A stretch of 61,958 nucleotides of DNA from Girardia tigrina. Lineage: Eukaryota. Positions 1-13,320 of the stretch are shown here, in pieces (positions within the stretch are counted from its first letter, which is position 1; every line of letters begins with the position of its first letter). A program made the position numbers and the translations under genes. The notes below the pieces were generated by a model. The model worked only from the letters and a program-made list of their open reading frames with translations, was not told the origin of the DNA and made no database searches. The DNA is taken from positions 1-61,958 of the forward strand of contig MQRK01216696.1 of the NCBI GenBank assembly GCA_001938485.1, given 5' to 3'.

Positions 1-107
1 TTCACATAAAATTGACTATTCAAAATATTTTGTTATTGATTTTTAGAACACAGGATATCGTTCTTGTTTTGAAATTGCAGGTGCACAGTTACTTTTTGAA
101 CGCACTG
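1..107. mobile_element. Right end of a Tc1-like DNA transposon, truncated by the window edge
   Basis: Ends ...ACTTTTTGAACGCACTG followed by TA, which resembles a Tc1-type TIR end (CAGTG on the other strand). No partner end is visible. Confidence 0.4.
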
Positions 108-949
108 TATTTTTAGAAATATTTTTTTTAATAAAAGGGCTTATTGTAAGTTTAAATTAATTAGTTTTTATGATAAAGTTTCGTGAAAATGTAAAATTAT
201 TTTACATTTTAAATTTTGTAAAATTTTTGCAAAAAATGTAAAATTATTTTTAATGTTTAATTTTCGAGAATTTTCAAAATTTAATCGAAAAGAATTGTAA
301 ATTAATTTTGGGCGAAATAATTTGTTTAAGTATGTGAATTGTTGATATTAATAAATTTTGGTGGTGTTAAATTATGACTTCAGAATGTGATAATAATGAA
401 AGTGGCATAAACGCTACTTACACGCTTTTTTGTTTTTCAGTGTATATATTGTCTCTCAAGCTTTTAAGCATGATCAAACCTATATCAAAGTCAGAAGATA
501 AATTTCAAACTCTTAACTGGGCCATTCATCGTATCGTTTTTGCACTAAAGTTCTGATTTCCAAAAATTTATTAATCATCGATTACTTGATGATGGCTGAG
601 GTTTTCTTGAAAAGTTTCAAAAGGGTTAAATATCTAATTTAAGAAAATTGTGATGGATTAATAATAAAGAAAAATAAATATATTAGGAAAAACCCGAACC
701 ATCTTTTATTGTCTAAAATAACTTGATGCATATTTCTTAAAACAAGTCAATCGTCATACATTGCATAAATATTCACTGATTTAAATCGGAATTTTTAGTT
801 TCGATTTATTAAAAATATTTTGACAATAAATTTATTTATTTAATGTGTATATATTTTCGTGTGTTACCAAACATCACTAGACAATCTTTTATCTTGAGAT
901 TGGTATTTATGCACGACTTTATGTTTTTCTGTTCCCTATCAAAAGGCCA

Positions 950-2400
950 TATTTCATAATGTCACCAAAAAAATGTCGAAATGGTAATTTAGAGAAAAAA
1001 TAAAAAAATAAACATTCAAAATTTGTAAAAGACAGTTTTGATGGGTATTTATACAGTAAAAAGAAGCCCTTCAACGGTGAATCCTATTGGATGTGTGTTG
1101 ATCGAACTTGAAGTGCCCGAATGAATACCTTGGGAGATGAATTGTAATAAAATACCATACCAAAAATTTTTTTGGTGTACAAGCTTTTATAATTTGTCAT
1201 ATGTTTGCGGTTCTGTATCTATTTCACCCACTTCCCACATTTTTTGACTGAATTATCAAAGCCTACTAGGCGAAAACCCGCTTTCTATTTGCATTTAGAT
1301 GTAGCAAATTTCAAAGCCTACTACTGAGGAAACATGAGAACGACACTTTAATTACTTTTTGCAGCCAAAATAAATGCGGTAGATGAGCAGTGACAGTGAA
1401 AAAGTGTATTGTCACCTAGAATACATCAGTACTGAAAGTTTCATGTCGCTAGGTGAACGGGAAGTGGGTGAATTTTCGATCGCAAGATTTGATGCATCCA
1501 GACAGACAAACAAATGAAACGTAATAAAAGCTTGTAAAAACTGCAACGGAACATTACAATGATCAAAGAGAAGAAACCATGTAACCCAAAGGAATTGAAT
1601 CAAGAATATATGAAAGAAGTATTTAATCAGAATATTAAACTTGCTTTATTCTTACTTAGTTTATGACAAGTGAGCTTACAAGTGTTGGTCATGTGTTTCT
1701 TTTTAGAATTTTCTTTTCACAATTCGTAACATTTTCACTGTGTCATGTATGTTTGTATGGATGAATGGTCAAATATCGACGGATTTATATTACAAAGTAT
1801 TCAGGAAAGTTTTTTTAGCTTTAGAATCCATTTCTGAACCTACACCTATTATCACAAATTTTGAACCGGTAAGCATGCTTGTTTCGTAAAATTACATCCC
1901 AAATTCTATGAAATATGTATGTTTTTTCATTAATCTAGAAGTTTTCTGTGTAAGATAGTTGAAAACAGCCTTAAAGTTGATTTATAACTGATATTATCTT
2001 TTGTAATTTTCGGTAGATAATACATAATGTATTATCTTGTTTTTTTCAATTATCTTACAATGAATTTCAAAGAGAGATGATGTTGTAATTTATTTTGAGA
2101 ACACTTAAATCACTAGAATAGATATGACAAGAGTTCCAAAATTTACAACAAATTTTTAGAGTTGCTATCTGTAAACATTGAACAATTCGCCTCTTACAAT
2201 CGACTCAGTCGAAAGGTGGCGCATTCAGTAAAATGGTCCATAGTAGGTGGCATCCTTTCTTATCAACAATAGTAGGTAATATCCGACTCTAAGATAAGAT
2301 GGTTTTCGATGATTTTACCAGATTTTCTAACAACGCAATTGCTTTTCCTGAAAGTAAAACTAAGAATAAAGTTTATAATCGTAATATTTCTTTTGTAATA
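950..2400 (+). mobile_element. Degenerate Mutator (MULE) transposase remnant with a FLYWCH-like N-terminus
   Basis: Broken frames read FDGYLYSKKK..ESYWMCV (FLYWCH-like) at about 1040-1100, and PTPIITNFE..CFFH, YFENT and DSVERW (MULE-like) at about 1840-2220. Confidence 0.5.
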
Positions 2401-2434
2401 AGTAATTATATCAATATTTTGAAAGTATAAACTA

Positions 2435-3700
2435 CAGGGTGACCCATTATCCATGAGCTTTTTGAGATAGTCTTTTTTATTGAGGTGAAGGAGATAAAAT
2501 TAACAATATATACCTTTTAATAATTCTTATTAGTTGTAGTTTTTTATTCTTTTTTTTGAACTTTTTTTTGCAAATGAACTTCTCGGCTACATCGATAACA
2601 GCTTATTTACAAACAAGGATATGTGGTTTACAGACGAAGCACATTTCCATTTGGACGGTTATGTGAATAAACAAAATTGGCGAAACTGGGGCTCAGAGAA
2701 CCTTCATCTCTCTATTGCGAAGCCTCTGCATTCAGCCAGGGTTACTGTTTGGTGCGCAATAAGCGCAAGTGGAATTATTGGTCCCTACTATTTCGATAAA
2801 ACAGTTAATGCAATCGAATACAAAAAAGTTTTGGAAACATTTTTCATTCCAACTGCGATAGGGCAAGGCAAAGTTGACAAGTTTTGGTTTCAGCAGGAAG
2901 GTGCGAGATCACATAGGACACAGGACGTATTCGATTTTATATCGGAGCATTTTGTAACAAGGATTATTGCCCTGGATGCGAAAAAAATTAGGAGATGGTG
3001 GAATAGAATGGCCTCCCTATTCACTGGATCTCAACCCCTGTGACTTTTTTCTATGGGGTTTCTTAAAGGATAACGAGTTTAGAAATGCTCCAAGAACCCT
3101 TTCGGACCTGAAAAAAGCAATATCGAAGTGGCTCAAAGAAATTCCGATTTCTACTTTTGAGGCAGTTTGTGCAGGGTTTGAGAATTGACTACGAGACGTG
3201 GTTTTGTCTGAAGGAGGGCATTTCGAAAATCTCATATCTTAAACTGCAAAATTCGCTCTTTTTAATAAAGTTTAAATCAACTTTTTAGAAAATGTAGTTC
3301 TCTTATTGTAAAAATTACTTTTTTGTATTCGATTGTATTAACTGTTTTATCGAAATCATAGGGACAATAATTCAACTTGCGCTTATTGCACACCAAACAG
3401 TAACCGTGGCTGAATGCAGAGGATTCGCAATAGAGAGATGAAGGTTCTCTGAGCCCCAGTTTCGCCAATTTTGTTTATTCAAATAACCGTCCAAATGGAA
3501 ATGTGCTTCGTCTGTAAACCACATATCCTTGTTTGTAAATAAGCTGTTATCGATGTAGCCGAGAAGTTCATTTGCAAAAAAAAAAGAATAAAAAACTACA
3601 ACTAATAAGAATTATTAAAAGGTATATATTGTTAATTTTATCTCCTTCCCCTCAATAAAAAAGACTATCTCAAAAAGCTCATGGATAATGGGCCACCCTG
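2435..3700 (+). mobile_element. Tc1/mariner deletion derivative with about 390-bp inverted arms
   Basis: Ends CAGGGTGACCCATTATCCATGAGC / GCTCATGGATAATGGGCCACCCTG flanked by TA. Transposase motifs WFTDEAHF, FQQEGA and WPPYSLDLNPCDFFLWG, frameshifted. 2435-2829 is mirrored at 3317-3700. Confidence 0.9.
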
Positions 3701-4676
3701 TATTTAAAAAATAATAAATGTTGCTTAATACTTTGACATATATTGTTTGAAGTATAAATTTAATGGAATTGATTGGTCTTTATTTTGTTACTTTAATTAT
3801 CTTTTATTAATAATCTTGTAAGTTAATATATTTTATTTGTTAAAATCTGCTAGTTTTTCTTTTCTTTTTCGAATTGACATCCTTTGCACTTAGAAAAATG
3901 CATATTTATATTTTATAAAATATTTGTTTAATTAAGCTATATGATGTTATATATTTTAATTTTTGGAATCTCGACAAATTTAATGGGATAAAGTGAATTA
4001 TTGTATTTTTATTGACCGACATGCGAATGACTGCAAAATGATTAAACACCTTACTTTTCGTATACAATCTATATACACTGAATACTTCTTTGTAGTGTAT
4101 TTGTGTCCTCTGAGATCTTCTATTCGAGGGATTATTAACTTCCTCTAAATCACATGGATAAAACGTTCTTGTATTACGTTCCTGCCTTTAGACTTGCTAG
4201 AAACAAAATAAAATTTTCATACTAATTTATTTAATTTGAATGACTTGATATCGTTTATAGTTATTTTAATTTCATTCATCAAAATACGATTAGTCTACTA
4301 ATCTTTTATATAACAAATATTGATTGCCTTTCAAAATCACCTTGAAGAAAAAACGGAAAAATCAAATGGACTGAGTCATTCGAGTTTATCTGGAATGTTT
4401 GTGACTGTCCATGTTTTTTATTTGCCACAAGAAATCAGCAAGCAACACAAAACATATTTGTGTGCATTAGTTTCGATAAATGCTTGTGTTTTTGTGTGGT
4501 TTTTTATACAATAAAAATAAATTTACTTTTAGTGTATTATAACGTTTCTTTAAGTTCCAATTTTTTGAGAAAGTATGTTTGAAACAACTTTTAATTTCAG
4601 GAATATGTTAATATTTTCTGTTTATAAATTTGGTTGTAACTTTGACTAACACAATTGTATTGATTTATTCATTTAG

Positions 4677-4829
4677 GTGCGATTCTCCTTGACACGGACT
4701 GTCTCAATAATCGTACTACGAAAATCGACATCGAAGTGTCGAAAGAAATCGATCAATTGCTTTCATTGAGCAAAGAAGAGCGATCAGAAATGTACCACTT
4801 ATTACTGAACGCTAAATCGAATACTTCCG
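4677..4829 (+). CDS. PRUNE2: PRUNE2-like gene, internal exon (DHH domain end)
   Basis: ag/gt boundaries. (G)AILLDTDCLNNRTTKIDIEV...LLNAKSNTS(G) aligns with PRUNE GTIILD...KATPKD...LQKAKFDVSG. Phase 1-1. Confidence 0.85.
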
Positions 4830-4950
4830 GTTTGTTATGGTTTACTTATATTTTATTAATCGATATTATATATATACTAGGTAGTCTTGTGAACGCAAAT
4901 TTGATATTTTGAAAAATTATTTCGCTTAAGTTTTTTAAAGAAATTTATTA

Positions 4951-6238
4951 TTAGGGTAAACCAAAAGTCTTTTCGTATTTTCTACGTCTTTTTGTTCAAT
5001 TGTTTTTTTATTACCAAATAAAGATATTTTATATACATGTGTTATATGTTTTTAAAGCTCTTGAACTGCTCTATCACAATATATATTAAAACTTCTAATT
5101 AGTCGTTAATATAATTTTTATGGTCTCTTAGAAAAATCATGGAAAATGTTGAAATTCGTGTTCTTTTACGCCATTACTGGAAACAGGGCTCAAACGCAAC
5201 TGCAGCAACAAAAAAGATATGCGAAGTTGAAGGCGATAATGTGGTCTCAAATCGTACTGCACAAAATTGGTTCAAAAGGTTCAACGAAGGCGACATCGAC
5301 CTCGGAGACAATGCACGTTCAGGCCGACCTATCACCGTAGATTCCGGAGCAATTCGTGAAGCCGTCGAGACAAATCCGTCAATAAGTACTCGGAGATTGT
5401 CGGCTGAACTCGATATTCCTCAAACATCCATTGTACGACACCTTCACGCTCTTGGCAAGGTCAATAGACGATGTCGAGAAGTGCCTCATCAATTGACACA
5501 AATTCAAGCCGAAAAGCGTTTCGAAACTTGTCAAAAATTGCTTGAAAATCCGTGCGATGTCCGTTTCATCCGTCGAATTGTAACTTGCGATGAAAAGTGA
5601 ATTTACTTCAGTAATCCAGACCAACAAAATCAATGGTTGGACCCCGGACAAATGGCGAAACCGGTAGCGAAACGAGATCGTTTCTCAAGGAAGGCACTTT
5701 TGTGTGTTTGGTGGAATTTCGAAGGNGTGATTCACTTCGAGCTGGTTCCAAATGGTCGTACCATCGACACTGACCTTTACTGCGCCCAACTTGATCGAAT
5801 GTATGCGGCACTTGGCGAGAAATACCCCGCTTTGATCAATCGAAAGCGAGTTCTTCTACAACAGGACAATGCAAAACCGCACACCGCAAAACAAACAAAG
5901 GAAAAAAATCAAAATCTCGATGCCTTTGAACTTCTTCCACACCCATCATATAATCCGGATCTTGCGCCATCCGACTATCACCTTTTCCACTCTATGTCAC
6001 ACTTTCTTCGTGGTCGCAGCTTCAATAATCTGGCTGAGATCGAAAATGGGTGTCACCAGTTCTTCGCTTCTACGAACAAGGATTGGTACCGCAGCAGGAT
6101 CGCACAACTTGCCCATAGATGGGTTCAAGCTATAGATTCAAATGGCCTTTACTTTGAAACTTAAATATTTTTTATTTGTTGTAAAATTATGTTTAAATTT
6201 TTAATAAAAAATACGAAAAGACTTTTGGTTCACCCTAA
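4951..6238 (+). mobile_element. Full-length mariner (DD34D, Mos1-like) with one premature stop
   Basis: TIRs TTAGGGTAAACCAAAAGTCTTTTCG / CGAAAAGACTTTTGGTTCACCCTAA with TA TSD. ORFs 5139-5600 and 5637-6164 are in the same frame: TCDEK*, QDNAKPH, HPSYNPDLAPSDY. Confidence 0.95.
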
Positions 6239-6346
6239 TATTAAAATATTTCGGTGTTTTATACATCATAATTAGCAAATAATATTTGACAAACATTCGA
6301 ATTTTAATTTAAATGTTTTGTTTTTGTCTTTTTTAATTGTTATAAT

Positions 6347-7149
6347 TAGAACAACCAATAGTCAATAAAGTAGATTTTTTTATTTCTATTAAAAATGCAT
6401 AAAAACAAAGATGTGGGTGCAAAATATGCTTCAACCTTTGTTAGGTCTATTAGGTCAATTTTTATATTTTAGGTTAGGTCTTTTAGATTTGAGAATGGGA
6501 ATTTAAAAAGTTGTAAAAAATGAAAAATTCGAATTGAATTAAATAAAAATAGTCAATTGACCAGAAAAATTTAACAAAATTAAAAAATATATTTGTTTAT
6601 TTTAACAGAAATCATAAAATACCGAAAGTAGCAAAATCAAAATTTGAAAAAATTGACATTTATGTGAAGAAATATCCAATGGAATTCGTTGCCTCTCCGT
6701 CTGGGAATCTATTCTGCAAATTGTGCAATGTAGTGGTGAACAGTGAAAAAGAGTTCAATGTTAATGCGCATCGAAAATCACTAAGACACTCGAATAAAAT
6801 TCCTCAAGAGAGCCAGAAGCAACAGTTCATCGTCGTTGACAAAAATTCTTTTTCTGATAAACTGGTCAAAGCATTTCTGAAAGTAGATTTTCCACTTGCT
6901 AAATTACGAAACGATGCTATCGAAGACTTGTTTCTGGAATTTGGACATCTAATCCCTTCAGAATCGTCCTGTCGTTTCAAGGTGGCCAATTTCAGTTTCG
7001 AAATTTTGGAAAAAATAAAAGCAACTGTCTTCAACAAAAAAGATATATTGCCCTATTTATGGGTCAATTTTTAGGTAAATTTAAAATTTATTGGTCAATT
7101 TTTTAGGTCTATTAGGTCTAGTTTATAGGTCAATTTTTTGGTTGCCCTA
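6347..7149 (+). mobile_element. Internally deleted hAT element with a CGGBP1/BED-like zinc finger
   Basis: 8-bp TSD GTTATAAT (6339-6346, 7150-7157). Ends TAGAACAACC / GGTTGCCCTA. ORF 6664-7074 has LFCKLC...H....H. Confidence 0.8.
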
Positions 7150-7269
7150 GTTATAATATATCAAAATTAGAAAGTAAAAATAGTAGATTTTAATGTATTC
7201 AAGATTTTATTGGATATTAAGAGTTAAAATCTTTAATTAAATAAAAATATTAAAGGTTGAGGCGGCCTT

Positions 7270-8690
7270 TCTTTACCCATTTGAATATTAATTAATGAGT
7301 TGCAGTGTCTTATCAATAATGATTAACGGAACTTCCGCTCGCAAAGCCCTTATGTAAAACACATAACTCAACCTTTGAAAGAGAAGAGATTCTATTCTTA
7401 CAATGTATCCAATGATCATGAACCATATTTGATTGACTTGATTGTAAGTGCTCACTAATCCGAGTTTTGAGATGACGATAAGTCTTTCCAATGTGGACAT
7501 CCCATCTGCATTATAGTATTGAGCCTTATGCTCTTTAGAAAGTCCACCCAAACTGAAAAAGTCTGTCAGTCTCTGATAGGCGTCCTGCACAGACGTCAGC
7601 CTTTTGCTCCCGAGCCTTCTTAGGCATTCCAATGAGAAACGACATAATAGCTATTATGTCTATGACTGGCCAAACATTTGGCTGAGTTCGTTGAAATTTA
7701 CGCAGTCGTGAAATGGAGATTGGAGTGTTTCTCTTGCATATATTACTGGAATTCGGAACCCCAAGTGCGTTTACGGTATTCGTCTCCAACGTCTTTGTCT
7801 CAGTGGCATTTGATGCTCTATCTGTCGTAAATTGTCTCTCTTCTTGTGCATATTTTGATTCTCTTCGTATCTGCGTTTCTGTTTTGATTTCATATTCTCC
7901 TAGCTTGTGATCGTTTCTTAGGTAGCTTGATCTACAATCATCTGTTTTTTATGACCTCGAGCTTCGTCCTTCTGTTCCTTCTGTTTCGTGAATTCTTTGA
8001 AATCGTTCGATTCAGAAAAGTGAATAACTTTGGTCCTCAGTCTGATACGTTTTTTCAGGTCCTCCGAAGACTGTCTTATTATGCGTCAATTGTATATCAG
8101 TGGATTGATCCTGTCTTCCATTCGTAGATGAGCATTATCTTGCATAAGTAATCCTAAGAAGCTATTATATACTTCTAATTTACAGATTTGATCATCAGTA
8201 GTTTGTTAATTATCACTGCCATAGTATATTGCCATTAGTATGTCACAATTTTCTACTCTCGAACTTTTCAGAATCGGTTTTTGTTCAAAAAATTTCGCAT
8301 CATCTTTCTTGAATCTTTCTGCTATGTCACAAGCACAGGTGCATGAGGAGCTGATGATGGATCCTAGGTAACAGAACTCTATGACCCAGTCAATTTCTAA
8401 TTTTAGTTCGTTTCCAGCTCAATATAATTTGGTGCTTCTGCTAAAATTAATCACCTTTGTCTTATTGACTTTGATTTTGAGACCCAACGCAATAAATTCT
8501 ACGTTCAATCTCCTCAGATGTACATGAGGTTCTTCTAGGTGGATGCTAGGAAGAAGAGATCATCAGTATAGATTAAGTAGTTTATTTGGATACTGATTCC
8601 GTTTTTATCTCTTATCTATATTCCACCTGCCATACCACGTTCAATAGCAATCTTGATTGACTTGTCGGTCAAACACCTTTGCTAATTTAC
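7270..8690 (-). mobile_element. Degenerate non-LTR retrotransposon (LINE) RT and 3' region
   Basis: The minus strand gives a YADD-like motif near 8560, followed by LGLKI..NKTKVI and FCYLGSII, the conserved LINE RT C-terminal motifs. Many stops. Confidence 0.7.
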
Positions 8691-8703
8691 AAATGTTTAA
8701 AAT

Positions 8704-8903
8704 ACCGTATTTATTCGTATAAACGGTGCGCCGTTTATTAAAATGTAAGGTTTTTGTGTTAATTTTTTTAATCATTTTTATTTTAAATTGAGATCAAACG
8801 CCTTTCTAAAAAATGGGGATTTACATACAAATGAAGACGCAGATGATAAATGTGGTAAAATGACAGAAACTTAATCGAGGGTGCCGTTTAATCGAGGAAA
8901 TAC
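8704..8903. mobile_element. Short MITE-like element (pogo-type ends)
   Basis: Imperfect inverted ends CCGTATTTATTCGTATAAACGG / CCGTTTAATCGAGGAAATAC, about 200 bp apart. Confidence 0.5.
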
Positions 8904-9273
8904 CCAAATTGAATTATAACAAATATTTTGTGTTTGATACAGACTCCTTTAGTTTTGGTTTTGAATGTTTACAAATTTGTTCTTTTAATGAATGATCCAC
9001 CTCATGATGTTATGTTAAGAACGAAACTTGTAATTTTTAGTGAAATAATAAATCTTCTTCTTTTGACCTTAGCCGTTGGTCCGTTGGTGCACCCAATTAT
9101 GTACAAGCCTTTGCCACATCTCTCTATTTGTAGCCTCTCTTCTCAGACCTTCCATGTTCAATCCACTCTATTCTTTTAAGTTGTCTGCCCATTGTCTCTT
9201 TGGTCTTCCAATAATAATAAATGGTTACTCAAAAGATACTTTTTTTCGTTTTTTTCCATGCTAAACAATTAAG

Positions 9274-9319
<46 letters not shown>

Positions 9320-9379
9320 NNNNNNNNNNNNNNNNNNNNNNNNNNNNNNNNNNNNNNNNNNNNNNNNNNNNNNNNNNNN

Positions 9380-10700
9380 CCGCCGTTACATGAAACTATT
9401 TATTCTACAAAGACTTTTTTTATGTTTGGTGAAGTGTTATATACCATTAGAGAGCCCGTGCTATGCTCTACAAGATTAAAGTAATCGCTTTTGCCTATAT
9501 TACTTTTTGTCTTTTTTTAGAACCGTCAAATAGATTGTCAAGTCGACAAAAAATCACATTTTCGACACCTTCTTTTCACCTTTAATTGAGGTCACAAAGT
9601 GAGTGAAGCTACGAGAGAAATATGTGCCGTGTATGGAGAGGACGCTATAGCTGAGAGAACTGCTCGGGATTGGTTTGCCAGGTTCAAACACGATAATTTT
9701 GACCTCAACGACGCACCTCGTTCCGGAAGACTAGTCGAGATGGACAAGCACTAACTCGGGGATCTTTTAAAGGAAGATGGCCGCCAGACATGCAAAGAAT
9801 TGGCCGAAAAGATGAATTGTGATTTTGCGACAATTTCACGCCATCTTCAGTCGATGGGTTTCACTCAAAAGCTTGGAGCTTGGGTCCCGAACGAACTCAC
9901 CCAAAAACAGAAGGATAAGCGACTTTCCATTGCTGCTCAAAATCTCGCTCGACACCAAGGAACCCATGACCACAGACAACGTTTATTATACAAAATCGTC
10001 AATGGAGACGAGAAATGGTGTTTCTATGTGAATATGAAGCAAAGGAGAGAGTGGATGAGTCCTAGAGAGAGGCCTAAGCCCAGGATCAAGAAAGACCTGC
10101 ACCCGATGAAGACAATGATTTGCGTAATGTGGAATTGGGAAGGTCTAATCCACTGGGAAATGCCTGGAAAGAACATGAAAGTAGAAAAGAATCTCTATAA
10201 AGCCCGATTGCATCGAGTCAATGAGGCAATTCAACAAAAAAGACCGTATCGACAAGGCCAGGTGATCCTCCTCCATGACAATGCTCGACCACACACCGCA
10301 AAAAATGTCAAGATGGCACTCCAAGAGCTCAGTTGGTAGGTCCTTCAACATCCTCCCTGTTCTCCAGACCTCACCCCGACGGATTACCATCTCTTCCGCT
10401 GCCTTTCAAATGAAATGAGGGGCCTTAGCTTCGAAAATCAGGATCATCTTGAGAATTGGCTTAACAACTTCTTCGAGACTCGACCTAAGGATTTCTGGCG
10501 AAATAGAATCAACAAACTGGTGGAAAGATGGGAAGAAGTAGTGAACAATGAAGGAGAGTACATAATTGATTTTTACTGTTAAATTTTTATGATTTCATTA
10601 AATATATAATTAACTGAGTCATTATTTTGGTTGTTAAAATTCTTTGATTTCTTTGAAAATAAATGTTTAAAAAACGGCGGGAACTTATGCAACAACCAAA
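9380..10700 (+). mobile_element. Mariner (DD34D) copy with stops, inserted in a (TA)n tract
   Basis: WVPNEL, NGDEKW, HDNARPH and HPPCSPDLTPTDY. Right TIR AAAAACGGCGGGAACTTATGCAACAACCAAA. The left end lies in a gap. Confidence 0.9.
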
Positions 10701-10753
10701 TATNNNNNNNNNNNNNNNNNNNNNNNNNNNNNNNNNNNNNNNNNNNNNNNNNN

Positions 10754-10790
<37 letters not shown>

Positions 10791-11111
10791 CTAAGAATGT
10801 TGTGTATCAGACAGCTTTACAGTAACAGAATTAGTGCTTTTGTGAATTATCCATTTCACAAAGAAATATGAAGTAGCAAGCACTGAGCTAAATAACATGA
10901 CTAAAAGACTCATTAAGTATCATTAGCTTGTGTAAGAAGCTTTAATGAAATTCTAGACTCTCGTCATCTCTCAACGTAAGTAATATATTGAACGACCACA
11001 GTTAGCTTCGCTTTTATATTATATTTTTAATACTTATTTCATTTAATAAATACTGATTCTAATAATTACTATTTAAAAATTATTGTTTAATGTTGCTAAT
11101 AATCTTTACAG

Positions 11112-11221
11112 GTCTTACACTTATTCAAAATATTCAAAGAGATCTAAAAGTTATAGAAGTAAATTGGAGAGATTCTAAACTGAAGATAGCTGTTCCAACC
11201 TTATTAAATACTGATGTTGAG
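11112..11221 (+). CDS. PRUNE2: PRUNE2-like exon (DHHA2 start)
   Basis: cag/gt boundaries. GLTLIQNIQRDLKVI...KIAVPTL matches PRUNE GLTTEQMLRKDQKTI..KVAISAI. Phase 1-0. Confidence 0.85.
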
Positions 11222-11942
11222 GTAAATATGATAGTTTGGAATCTTGCTACAATTTTTTTATGTAGATTATTTAGTTATTTAAAAAAATACTGTTCTAAAA
11301 ATTAAATTATTAGCACACTAACTTGAGTATTAGACACCAATATGTTGTAAAATGTATCTAGTATACCTCGATAGTTAGCGTAATTTGTTATCTCGTCAGT
11401 AATGAGTTCAAATAAAGTATTGTACAGTTACTTCCGACTTGTACAATGTGTACATTTTATTAGAATCACCCTCTAAAGAGGATGTAAAGGGAGAAAAACA
11501 GTGTTGAAAACGTAATACATAAAATACCACACTGAAGTACAACATTTAATAAACATCATTCTTTTCTCTTATAGGTGTAATTACATTTTGATAAAAAAAC
11601 AACAAAGAAGCTTTTCAAATTGGTTTATGACTGTGTTTGTATTAATCTCATAAATCAAGAACTTTAAAATAACATGTGGATAATCGATGATTGTGATTAC
11701 AAATAAAATAATTTAGATAAGACATACCAGAATCGCGGCCTATTTGAAAACTTTATGCAGCCAAATTGAAATTTTTACCTGTTTTTAATATTATGCAGCA
11801 CAAATATTTAACATTTTATATGTGATGACAGTTTTATCAAAGTAATTAATTCAATTCATCTTAGTAAACTTGAATCGGATTATGTCGATCCTTTTTTATA
11901 CCATAATTCTGTGGCTAATTCATGAAAGCTGTTTATTGCGGT

Positions 11943-12227
11943 TGTGAGGAATATTTGAATGTTTGAAGTTTTGTGTTTGAATGTGTATGTTGATTTGGAA
12001 ATGTGTCTCTCCTACCCAGATGGATGATTAATATTTTAATTCTTATTATCTAAAAATATGTAATGTTTAAATTTATTTTTAATTTAATTTAATTTTAAAA
12101 TATTAAATAAGTTAATTTATTTTTATAATATTTAATAAATAAATCAAATTAATATTTTTTAATAATCATTTTAATTATTATCCAATAAGTTTTGACTAAA
12201 TATTTTAATAAAATATTTATTTCCCCA
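11943..12227 (+). repeat. Dispersed repeat family, copy 1
   Basis: TGTGAGGAATATTT...GTATGTTGATTTGGAAATGTGTCTCTCCTACCCAGATGGA followed by an AT-rich tail. Shared with the copies at 25857 and 41458. Confidence 0.75.
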
Positions 12228-13099
12228 TTTACTAAAAGAATAAAGAGAATTAATTCATTAATCAATTTCGTTTATAATGCAAATGTACGAAAGTTTTGAC
12301 AAAGATTGTCTTTAGGACAATCAAAGTTGTTGTTTAAATAAAAATATAAAAAGTCAAATTGGTGTTCTTAATAGCAGTATTTAAGAATTCAGTGTAGAAA
12401 TTGTAACTTTATGAACAATAACTGCTATGGTATAATTAAACTTTTGGAATATTGATGGCTTCTAGATTTAAGTATTTTAAATGATTGCAGTCGAACTGAA
12501 TGAACTAAAAAATATAAGATGAACATAAATTATACTGATTAATATTAAGATATAAAATCCTTTGGAAAGCTTAAGCTTTATGAAAATCACTTATGATCAT
12601 ACAATTCAAGTAATTTCCCATTATTAAAAGTCTATAAAAGTGACCATAAAACTTGTTCAAGTATTCTATTAAAATCTCAAAATTACTTCAAGAATTCATT
12701 AAAAAATTCTTATACTTTCGAAAATAAAAAGAAATTTTCAAAATATTCTTAGCTCCATTAAATGTAGAAGTGAAATTAGTTCCTCTAAATTTTAAAATGG
12801 AACTAATTGAATTAAAATTAAGCATCGAGTTAAAATGGATGTTCGAAGCGAAGTTCAGAAGTATTTTACAACAATACATCAATATTTTACAACAATAATA
12901 ATAAGGAATATGAAAACATAAATTCACGGTGCATTCTTGGATCTAGATCGCCAGTTCTCGAGTCGGATTATTGTTATCGTTGTATCTCTTGTTGCTGTTT
13001 CCATTATCATTGCTGATGATAATGTATGAAACTTCAAAATATGTTCTATAATCAATTTTTTTAAAAGGTTTAAAATAAATTATTTTTCAAAAATATCAA

Positions 13100-13320
13100 A
13101 TATTCATCGAAAAGTCGCTTGCGATACAGTCGAATTTTGTCCTCGATTTTCGATTTAGCTCTATCGATATCTCTCTCGGATCCCTCGAGAACGATCGAAA
13201 CTTCGTCGTCTCCGTTTTTCCGCATTCGATGTCTTATTTATTCGACGTCCACATTCTTTGGAGTTCTTTTTTATTCGAGATTCACTTTTATTGCTTATCA
13301 ATCCGAGATGTTGCTATTTC
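13100..13320 (-). pseudogene. Frameshifted KH-domain-like fragment
   Basis: Joining frames gives HLGLISNKSESRIK-ELQ...ECG...IRHRMRKNGDDEVSIVLEGSERDIDRAKSKIE, which resembles a type I KH fold with a decayed GxxG. The segment is a GC-richer island. Confidence 0.35.

Noticed and set aside
4555-4632. Possible upstream PRUNE exon(s), one option needing a non-GT donor
   Set aside because: Several parses are possible and none has convincing homology.
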